Positions 25,251-34,901 of a stretch of 48,067 nucleotides of DNA are shown piece by piece (the first letter of the stretch is position 1; every line of letters begins with the position of its first letter). A program made the translations under genes and the position numbers. The DNA is from Octopus bimaculoides (Eukaryota): assembly GCF_001194135.2 (NCBI RefSeq), contig NC_068982.1, positions 18,286,081 through 18,334,147 on the forward strand, in the 5' to 3' direction. The notes below the pieces were generated by a model, which made no database searches, was not told where the DNA came from, and worked only from the letters and a program-made list of their open reading frames with translations.

Positions 25251-26196
25251 TTGTGACCAATGGTGTGTAACAACAGCCGACACTATGCTCAATTCAATAA
25301 AGCTATATCATGAAAATATTAAAATAATAACGTATATTGCAGTATCATCATAATATTTTGAAGTCCATTTCTCGGAGACGGGTGGCGAATTAAGCCAGAG
25401 CATATACAATTTTATATTGCTTATAAAACGTTTCGAATTGCTTCTTTTCATTGCAACAAATCCCCATATGATCCTCCAAATTTAATTATTTGCATTCAGT
25501 GTTTTTAAGATTGAAAACGAAAACTGACTGCATGTCATCTGATCTCATATGGAGAAATGGGATTCTAATTATTTTAAAACATTTTAAAACAGATATCGTT
25601 GTGATAATGCTTTTTCCGTATCATACGATACGGAAAAGCATCATAACAACGATAACACTTAAGAAATGCCACAAATTAATTACCCTAAGCTATAAACCAT
25701 TGCAAACCAACGATATAGACCTATACTGGAATGGAATATGATCAGCTATATATCTACCTAAATGATATTTGTTCCGTCGGTCACAGTGCCAGAAAATAGA
25801 ATTTTATTCTTTGTGTTCTGAGCTCAAATGCTATCACGTGGTATTTCCCTGTCCTGAGATCTGTTCATAAATACTCTTCCACAATATATGCATAAAGGCT
25901 ATAGTGATCACCACTATTGTCACTATGATCCTCCAGTGGCAAATTGTTTCCTTTAATGGTATAGCGTGTGAGCTTCAATGAACAATGTGTAGACTATCTG
26001 GCTCTCACGTCTAATTAGCTATAATGACGACATTTGTGTCGTACATCGGCTTGATCAGACGTGAGAGATAAAACATCGCAATCACTTTTGTATATTCTAT
26101 CTCTCCACCAGGTAGAATTACAAATTAATTAATTCAGTGCCAAGTTATGGTCTCGAGCTATATTGCTACATTATTTGTATTAGTAGAAAATATAGA

Positions 26197-26415
26197 GCGG
26201 CGAGCTAACACAATCGTTATCACGCTGGGCAGAATGCCTAGTGGTATTTCGTCCATCTTTACATTCTGAGATCACATTTCGCTGAGGTGAACTTTACCCT
26301 TCACCCTTTTCGGGGCCGATAAAATAAATATTTATTGAATACTGGGACCAATTTTATCGACTATTCTCCGCCCCAGAAATTACTGGCCTTGTGCCAAGAT
26401 TTGAAACCATTATTA
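26197..26415 (+). mobile_element. SINE family A, near full length
   Basis: gcggcgagctaacacaatcgttatcacgctgggcagaatgcctagtggtatttcgtc...gccgataaaataaata...ggccttgtgccaa, ending in att repeats. Confidence 0.85.
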
Positions 26416-27299
26416 ATATATAATATCAAGGGGACATAGAAATTTGTACGTCACGCATTTGCCAATAGGCGTCATAATTTTCTCGTAAGCATTTAGCGAT
26501 TTGTAAAGAAATATTTTGATAATGGTTTAATAATTATACACTGCAACACATTAATCCATCTCAGATGCAGAGCGAACCGGAAAATGGAAGAATATTTGTA
26601 TAGTGTATTGGAAATCATTCAAGTCATTGTTAGATTTGAAGTATGAATTTGTACAGCTGTATTCTTTGAAATTTTAATAAGTGCAATGATAGTAATTAGC
26701 ATTTTTTACGTGGCATCATATGCCATACAAATAATGCATAAGGTAGCAATAAACCAGCAAATTATCATGCAGCACAGTTCCTGTTAGTTTGTAATGTTGG
26801 AAATAAAAAATATATCGACTGGCCCATGTGGATAGTCATATGAATATTTGCTACACACGAATAGAACCTCTAATTAGACAGTTGACCTGTTAGAAATAGC
26901 GAGATAATATCTGAGCTACCTTTTCATTATATAAGAGCTGATACATTAAATAGTATAGTCCTGAATACACTGCGTAGAAATATAGATCTTGAATCGCAGC
27001 AATCACAAATAAGGCGAGAAATTTACATAAAACACCCTTCCTTATAAATTTTGTTGGCGTTCCTAAAATATTGTTTCATTTTTTTTTTACCCAATGGGAT
27101 CCGGGAGAAGTAAAGCAAAATACTGAACAAAAATTTATGAATAGCTTATAGCTGTTTTCAGATGCGATGTGATTTATTTGATTTCAGGATTTAAAAGCTG
27201 GATTGGAGATGATACAGTGGTTATTGTTTTGTGATATTTTATGTTTTAGTCATAGAGGATATAAATTATACGGCTAAGAAATATCTATCTATCTATCTA

Positions 27300-27334
<35 letters not shown>

Positions 27335-28120
27335 NNNNNNNNNNNNNNNNNNNNNNNNNNNNNNNNNNNNNNNNNNNNNNNNNNNNNNNNNNNNNNNNNN
27401 NNNNNNNNNNNNNNNNNNNNNNNNNNNNNNNNNNNNNNNNNNNNNNNNNNNNNNNNNNNNNNNNNNNNNNNNNNNNNNNNNNNNNNNNNNNNNNNNNNNN
27501 NNNNNNNNNNNNNNNNNNNNNNNNNNNNNNNNNNNNNNNNNNNNNNNNNNNNNNNNNNNNNNNNNNNNNNNNNNNNNNNNNNNNNNNNNNNNNNNNNNNN
27601 NNNNNNNNNNNNNNNNNNNNNNNNNNNNNNNNNNNNNNNNNNNNNNNNNNNNNNNNNNNNNNNNNNNNNNNNNNNNNNNNNNNNNNNNNNNNNNNNNNNN
27701 NNNNNNNNNNNNNNNNNNNNNNNNNNNNNNNNNNNNNNNNNNNNNNNNNNNNNNNNNNNNNNNNNNNNNNNNNNNNNNNNNNNNNNNNNNNNNNNNNNNN
27801 NNNNNNNNNNNNNNNNNNNNNNNNNNNNNNNNNNNNNNNNNNNNNNNNNNNNNNNNNNNNNNNNNNNNNNNNNNNNNNNNNNNNNNNNNNNNNNNNNNNN
27901 NNNNNNNNNNNNNNNNNNNNNNNNNNNNNNNNNNNNNNNNNNNNNNNNNNNNNNNNNNNNNNNNNNNNNNNNNNNNNNNNNNNNNNNNNNNNNNNNNNNN
28001 NNNNNNNNNNNNNNNNNNNNNNNNNNNNNNNNNNNNNNNNNNNNNNNNNNNNNNNNNNNNNNNNNNNNNNNNNNNNNNNNNNNNNNNNNNNNNNNNNNNN
28101 NNNNNNNNNNNNNNNNNNNT
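27335..28120. other. Assembly gap
   Basis: N run flanked by (TA)n. Confidence 0.98.
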
Positions 28121-28339
28121 ATATATATATATATATATGAGTGCGTGTCTGTGTGTGTGTGTATACATAAGTATCATGAGGCGGGAGGTCTGCTACCAAG
28201 AGCAGAAAGGATGCAGACAGAGCTGCAAAGGGTCATTATATATAGATCAACAAGTCCCCTGAGACATCAAAGGCAGGAAAACTTTTGGCCATCGGTTACT
28301 ATATGGTATATCATAATGAGTTAGTGGTGTAACAATTCC

Positions 28340-28730
28340 ATTAAGAATTGCATTACTCATTCAAAGTAGAATTGTTATAGCGCTCCAGCCCCATGAAGGT
28401 TATCCAAAGTAAAGTTGTCAAGGAAAATTGTCACCGGTTCCTTCATCTCTTTCAGCTTGTGGAACAACCAGATGTTACATGGAGCAAGGTCTAGCCAGTA
28501 GGTTGGGTGAACGTGCGCTTTTTATACCCATTCCAGTCAAGTAGTTGGATACTTGAATGAAATTGTGGGAGGTGCATTGTCCTGCTGGACATCTGTGACG
28601 AAACCTCTCCCTTTAGAAACGTCCAGTATGTACACTTTGTTGACCATCAACACAATGGGAACACTGTGGATATAGACTGTGCTGTTGCTGTCGAAAGAGG
28701 GCATCATTATGAGCATCCCGGTCAGTTTGG
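28340..28730 (-). pseudogene. Decayed mariner transposase, catalytic C-terminal half
   Basis: Minus: MMPSFDSNSTVYIHSVPIVLMVNKVY...QQDNAPP / QVSNYLTGMGIK / LDLAPCNIWLFHKLK / EMKEPVTIFLDNFTLDNLHGA / LERYN. Confidence 0.85.
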
Positions 28731-30899
28731 TTTACCTGGTCGCTTTTACCAACGAAAAGAAGCTCAGCTCATGCATAAGCAGACTGAAAACTTCTTTAGC
28801 ATTTTGCTCAGTTTACTACAAACGTTTACTGCAGAGCCAGCTTCCAAATTATCTTCAAGTCAGGACTGCATTATGCAAACCAGTTAGATGTATCAGATAG
28901 AGGTTAGTAGGTTGTTTTTGAACAACGTGCCAGAGCTGTCTCCCTCAATCTGGAACGAATATATTGGCAGATTAGCTTATTAGATGTATAGTAATGGGGC
29001 CATAAAATTACAATCGTCTTGGACAACTATCTCTCCTAAAACAAATACAAACCTTCTGGCATGCACTTCGCAATTCAATGAAAACATACGAACGCTCGGT
29101 TTGCCTATAATGCGTCGGCAGCTATATTATCTTTGTCTAACGGCAACGACATGTTATTTGTTTATAGGAAGATGGATTTTGTTGGTGACATTTTATTTGC
29201 ATTTTAGACCAGGTTATTTAGATTTGTAATGAACGACATTTCTATTGTAACTTTTATGACAGCCATTCAATAATCGCTATTTCTGTATTATGCATTAGCA
29301 TGTATCCGTATGTTCTCGCGTTTTTCTAAGATGCTAGGATCTTATCTGTAGAAAATATGGCAGCAGTTTATGCCAAATCTTTGCAATTATTATGAAGTTT
29401 TCTTATTGGTTCGAATATATGTCATACTTTATATCTAAAATATTTTAGCGATGAAGGGAAAAAGTATCGAAGCAAAGTCTGAAAGATATGCATTGACGCT
29501 TCTCAGAAGTTTGTTTGCCTGCGATGCTGTGAATGCGCATGTCAAACGTTGAAAATATTCCATAGAACTTGCTTTTTTCACAGAATTTATTACCTTGATC
29601 TTATCTCAATCCAAATCTTAGGGAATGGAATGAAAAATTTGCACCTATTCACAAATAAGGTGTCACGTTGTCACAACAAATTTTGTAGTACTATACTATG
29701 CTAAGGTGTTAGCAGAACTGAGAAAATGTTCGGTAAAGTCTTCTTGTAGAAACACATTAAGACGAAACGAAAACGAAATGTGTTTAAAGTATTTCTGTTC
29801 ACGACAAATTAATGAATAGCCTTATCTCTTCTGCTATCTTGCTTCTGAAACCTATTTCGAAATAAATAATCTTCCTGAAATGTGCAACGTAACGAAAGAT
29901 TAGATACAATCAATATTGATTGTAATTTTTTAAAAAATATAATGATAAAATTATATTATTAATATTTCATCGCAGTCTCTCAAGTAAAAGCCGTCGACTT
30001 CATTAGTGAAATGCAAATTTCATTAATATATGACACTGGTGAATGAATATAACAAACAGACAAGATTTTCACCCTACACTATATAAAATACATGACGACA
30101 AAAGATAAAATATTAGAAAATTATTAAAATTGTCAAGTCGAAATAGTTAAATCTAATGTCATTTATTATTATGAGGACTGCTAATACAATTATCTTTATT
30201 TGCAAAATGATCATTAATTTTAGAGTGAAGCGAATGTGAGACTTAAATGGGAAAAGACTCAGAGCCTGGAACAGAAGATAAAGCAAAAGAGAACGCATTA
30301 GAAAAGAAAACAAAAACAAGAAAGAAGTGATGTATTATTTTTCTTTTTCATGACGTTTTTCTTTTTTCTTTGCACTTTCTACAACACAAAAAAAATTTGC
30401 ATTAATTCCAAGGTTATAAAACAGCGATATTTGGAAATTACGTCTTTTCCATTCGATACCGGAAGTAAACTTTTGCAAAAATAACTAAACGATTAATTCA
30501 TGCAGGAGGTTTTGCAGAGTCCGATATGGACAACTTTCTTAAATTGTAAATTTTAAAAAGAAAGTCATAAAAGCACACACAATATTTTAATACTGAGAAA
30601 ATGAAGATTATACATTTAAGAGAATAATGATATTTAAAATCATATAACAAAACAATTAGCATAGAAAGCAGGTCATACATTTCTTGAATTTTATATTTGT
30701 GTAGAATCTCATATTATACATCATCATAATTGCTGTCGTGGTCGTGTGTTAAAAGCTTGCTTCTCAACTTAGTGGTTCGGGCTTCAATCTCACAGTGTGG
30801 TGCCTTCGGCAAGTGTCTTCTACTATAGCCTCGAGCTGACCAAAATCTCGTGAGTAAATTTGGTAGATGGAAACTGAAAGAAACACTCATATATATATT

Positions 30900-31158
30900 A
30901 CGGAGATTTACTTATGTAGCGAGTGACTTGATCTGAGGTCATGTGCTGAAACAAAAACGATTACAGCGTGGAAGGTTATAAGCCATTTAAAACACACAAA
31001 AACTGTTAGATTCACTTCAACATTTAAAGTTAATTTGTCAAAATATTTTCGTAGCTTACAAACCGCAGAATTTTGTCAGTGAAAAGGTCGCGGTTTCATA
31101 TCGAGGAAAATAATGTGACAAATTAAATTTAAATGTTGAAGTGAATTTAACGGTTTTT
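30900..31158. mobile_element. Short element with ~69 bp inverted repeat (30998-31066 and 31090-31158) containing a hammerhead-like motif
   Basis: Left arm aaaaactgttagattcacttcaacatttaaagttaatttgtca... versus reverse complement of right arm aaaaaccgttaaattcacttcaacatttaaatttaatttgtca... Confidence 0.75.
31072..31122 (+). ncRNA. Variant/decayed type I hammerhead-like motif (G3 core)
   Basis: TTTGTCA-GTGAAAA-G-GTCGC(ggtttcata)TCGAG-GAA-AATAAT-G-TGACAAA: 7 bp stem I, correct spacing, damaged core and stem II. Confidence 0.4.
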
Positions 31159-31809
31159 GACCGTTGCTGGTGGGATTACATCACCAAAATTAGGAGTTCG
31201 TCATTAAAGACTGATAGAATAAGTACCAGGATTTCAAAAAGCAAGTAGTATGTACGATGGAATAGAATAAAATTCCTTCAAGGCCGTGCCCCAGCATGGC
31301 CGTAGTCTAATGACTGAAACAAGTAAAAAATACAAATTTAGTCAGTCAACTGTTTGCCCATTCCGTTCGCTATCTGGCGGTAGTTATAATACAGATCTAT
31401 TTTGTATGTGCGTTTTATTATTTTTACTTTTTTTTACCAGGCACAAGTTCTGTATAACCAAGTGTCTGCTGACAACCTTCATTGCCTCGGGTAATGGACC
31501 CATTACGATAATGCGCTCGACACACATTAAGACAACTACCTCAATGACTTGAAAAATATTTAATGAAGGGAACAATGCTCGACAGGGTTAAATCATATTT
31601 AGACCTTTGTATTGATCAGTGGTCATCGCTGTATATAAAGCATATGGGATTCGCACGAAACACAATGCGTACAAATCCTATGGGAAAATATACCATTGAA
31701 CGGGAACAATTTTTTCTCTTTCTATAACGTTATTTCTATACCTTTATCCTCATCTTTAATACATTTCTTCGTTTATATATACATGCAGATATCAATACAT
31801 ATATACATT

Positions 31810-31990
31810 CAATTTTTTTCTCCGTGTTTTTCTCCTTGTCTCCGTATTCTTTCTGTTGAAGAGCGTAGCTCGAAACGTCAAAGACTTTCCTTATTCCCGA
31901 GCGTCATACTAATACATCCTTTTGTTGTTTACACCACCTGTCCTCGCCTGTTGTTGTTTTTTCGTACATTCTCCCATATATATATATATA
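31810..31990 (+). mobile_element. Short pyrimidine-rich repeat carrying a hammerhead-like motif, ending in (TA)n
   Basis: Sequence context of the 31848-31884 motif; resembles a recalled Octopus interspersed repeat (not searched). Confidence 0.5.
31848..31884 (+). ncRNA. Minimal type I hammerhead-like motif with CUGUUGA+A core
   Basis: TCTTT-CTGTTGA-A-GAGC(GTA)GCTC-GAA-ACGT-C-AAAGA: 5 bp stem I, 4 bp stem II, palindromic ACGU stem III, GUC triplet. Confidence 0.6.
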
Positions 31991-32737
31991 TATCATGAGA
32001 GATAGAGAAGTAGGTGCTTGTAGAATAGACAGAAAATGAGAGTAGTTCAAATGCAAATGAATTATAAATAGCAAGAGACAAGACGGCTTTCAATGAGCAG
32101 AGAAGATTTCTTCCTAGGATTTCTTGTTAATTTACCTTTCATTTACACATGAATTCTCTATTGATATTAGATACAGTATTGCGATATCAATTGGGGCGCT
32201 GTGGCATGGCTTTCCTCTTATATTTAATGCAACTCGAAAATACATTTTCTCTCAACTGTCCATCTTTCTCTCAATCACTCTTATTCAAACAGGTCTTAAC
32301 TAAGTGATTTGTAATGCGCATTGGAATATGTTCCCCTGTGTATTTCCTCACAATATCTTTGTTGTAGGCATCAACATGTATTAACTTAAACCTGCTGGAT
32401 ATATTTCAATTAAAACTCTTTCGCTTTCCTTGACACCACGCATGTTCGTATTTCCTCCCCTCACGCACCAACTTTCCATCTGTAAATGTGTATTCGTAAA
32501 GAAATCACTTTTAAATATGTTGCATTATCCATGCACATATATGCCAACGAAAAATTTGTTTAATTGAATTGTTCGCTCCTCAAAATGTATGAAGATACAT
32601 GTACACAGACGAATATATATTTTTTTATTTTTATTAAAAAAATTTTTTTTTATAGTTTCAGCTTAGAGCTGCGACACACATACACACACATGTTTGTATG
32701 TATATATCTATATCTCTCTATCTATCTATCAATCTAT

Positions 32738-32747
32738 NNNNNNNNNN
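32738..32747. other. Assembly gap (10 N)
   Basis: N run. Confidence 0.98.
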
Positions 32748-32773
32748 GCTACCGTTTGTATATGACATATATA

Positions 32774-33290
32774 TACGCGGTGGTAAGAAAAGGTTCCCAG
32801 ACTAGTTTTGTTTAATGATAAAATAACATATTTATTTTAGTTTTAACATCATCTCCTTCGAAATAGTCACCTGACGCAGCAATACATCGGTCCCAACGTT
32901 ACTTCCAGTTTTGGAATCTGAGCTGAAATTCGTTTTCCGTAAGTGAGCCGATGACGTTCTGCACTTCATTCTGGATATGGGCAACGGAGTTAAAACAGTG
33001 AATCTGAGCTGCATTTTCATGTTGGGGAAGAAATGGAAGTCTGCAGATGCTAAATCTGGCGAATAGAGCCGGTGTGATAGTGGTAAGATGTTTGTTTTTT
33101 TTTAATATTCGGCGAGAATCTCACGAGTGAGAAGAGATCGGGGAAGGATCCAATTCCTCGTGTTTCACAGATCCGGTTATTTTTGCCGAATGTCCTCCAT
33201 CAAACGCTTCAAAATGTTTCAGGAGAACTTTCGATTGGCTATCTGGCTCTAGGGGACGAATTCTGGATGTGACGCTTGTGCCAGGTGTTA
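32774..33290 (-). mobile_element. Mariner element, 3' half with right TIR
   Basis: Minus: HPEFVP*SQIANRKFS*NILKRLMEDIRQK*PDL*NTRNWIL / HRLYSPDLASADFHFFPNMK / IQNEVQNVIGSLTENEFQLRFQNWK*RWDRCIAASGDYFEGD. TIR-like tacgcggtggtaagaaaaggttcccagact at 32774-32803, preceded by TA. Confidence 0.9.
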
Positions 33291-33486
33291 CGATCTGGTG
33301 GCCATAACCCGAATTTACACACAAGGATGGGGGAACCTAAAACAACACACCATGAATTTTTTGTAAAATATCATTAACAATGAAGTGTCAGCATGAAAAA
33401 CAAATGCTTACATACAAAACAAATATATACGAACAAAAATAAATCAATGTTACAATAGACGTGCATTCAATATATATATATATATA

Positions 33487-33781
33487 NNNNNNNNNNNNNN
33501 NNNNNNNNNNNNNNNNNNNNNNNNNNNNNNNNNNNNNNNNNNNNNNNNNNNNNNNNNNNNNNNNNNNNNNNNNNNNNNNNNNNNNNNNNNNNNNNNNNNN
33601 NNNNNNNNNNNNNNNNNNNNNNNNNNNNNNNNNNNNNNNNNNNNNNNNNNNNNNNNNNNNNNNNNNNNNNNNNNNNNNNNNNNNNNNNNNNNNNNNNNNN
33701 NNNNNNNNNNNNNNNNNNNNNNNNNNNNNNNNNNNNNNNNNNNNNNNNNNNNNNNNNNNNNNNNNNNNNNNNNNNNNNNNN
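33487..33781. other. Assembly gap
   Basis: N run. Confidence 0.98.
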
Positions 33782-33784
33782 CTA

Positions 33785-34016
33785 GTGGCCTAGCATATAA
33801 AAAAATCTGAGAATTCAGAAAAAATGTATTACAGGTGTATAAGGGATGACCACTAGGTGGACATTCAATATGCTAGAAAGAGGTAATCAATGACCCAATC
33901 ACAAAGAAAAATAATGACCTCTTTCTTGCATACTGGATGTCCACCTAGAGGACATCCCTTATATACGTGTTATACAATTTTTTCTGAATTTTCAGATATT
34001 TTATATGCTAGGCGAC
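33785..34016. mobile_element. Palindromic MITE (arms about 103 bp: 33785-33887 and 33914-34016); left end abuts the gap
   Basis: gcctagcatataaaa.atctga.aattcagaaaaaa...tataagggatg.cc.ctaggtggacat present in both arms in inverted orientation. Confidence 0.85.
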
Positions 34017-34270
34017 TTGGTTTTAAATTGAATTAATATTCAATTTATCACCCTATCTATATAAATAATAATTTAAATAGTTATGTTCTCCAACCGGCAA
34101 CATATGCTGCAGTGAATTATTCTCTGCAGAATTGTTTCCGGGATTTTGCGCGCCGGAGCTGAGGCTTTTTGAAAAGCAGCCCGCAGCGTAATCGGTAGAA
34201 CTATATGCAAGTCTTGTTTCATGAACACAATTCGTGTATAGTTCTGCAAATTATATTGATTCTAGAACGT

Positions 34271-34336
34271 CTATGCTGATGAGAACACGGATGTTATTAC
34301 GTAAGTATAACGTTAATGTTCGAAACCAGTCCATAG
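34271..34336 (+). ncRNA. Type I hammerhead ribozyme with canonical core; predicted cleavage after C34331
   Basis: CTATG-CTGATGA-GAACA[cgg atgttattac GTAA gtataacgt taa]TGTTC-GAA-ACCAGT-C-CATAG. All conserved core nucleotides present, G10.1-C11.1 pair, GUC triplet, stem I CTATG/CATAG, extended stem II with GNRA loop. Confidence 0.85.
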
Positions 34337-34404
34337 GTAACTCTTTATTCTGTATATTTCTCATTTTGTCCTGTTCTGGCGTTTTGCGAAATTTTTCTGG
34401 CGAA

Positions 34405-34481
34405 CATTATTTTTGTGGTTGGGTCGTTGATGACCTCTTTGTAGCATATTGGATGTCCACCTAGTGGTCAGCCCTTATACA
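34405..34481. mobile_element. Partial second copy of the 33785-34016 MITE
   Basis: Reverse complement of the MITE spacer plus inner left arm (cattatttt..gtg.ttgggtc.ttgat.acctcttt.tagcatattg.atgtccacctagtggtca.cccttataca). Confidence 0.8.
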
Positions 34482-34499
34482 TCCCTAGCAGAGCGAGCA

Positions 34500-34858
34500 A
34501 CTGACCCCAGGACTTATTCTTCGTAATCCTAGTACTTTTTGTATTGTGTCTCTTTTACAGAGGCGCTATGTTACAGGGACGTAAACAGATCACCATCGGT
34601 TGTCAAGGGGTATTGGAGGGGCAAACACAGACATACACACTCACACGCACACACGCACGCACATACACGCACACACAAAGGTATATATACGACAAGCTTC
34701 TTCCTTTCAGTTCCCGTCTATCAAATCCACTCACAAGGTTTTGGTCGGCCCGAGGTTATATTAGAACACACTTCTCCAAAGTGCCACAAAGTGGGATTGA
34801 ACCCGGAGCCATGTAGTTTGTAAGGAAGCTACTTACCATACAGTCACACCTGTGCCAA
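34500..34858 (-). mobile_element. SINE family B, near full length with internal (CA)n
   Basis: Minus-strand head ...ggtaagtagcttccttacaaactacatggctccgggttcaatcccactttgtggcactttgg...; tail homologous to 37355-37613 and 44551-44959. Confidence 0.85.
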
Positions 34859-34861
34859 TAT

Positions 34862-34901
<40 letters not shown>

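Larger units (their letters stand above)
30733..31333 (+). mobile_element. SINE family B split by an insertion (head about 30733-30895, tail about 31159-31333)
   Basis: Head gtggttcgggcttcaatctc...ggcaagtgtcttctactatagcctcgag...ggtagatggaaactgaaagaa; tail gactgatagaataagtacc...ccagcatggccgtagtctaatgactgaaacaagtaaaa. Both parts are contiguous in the 34500-34858 copy, apart from the microsatellite. Confidence 0.75.
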
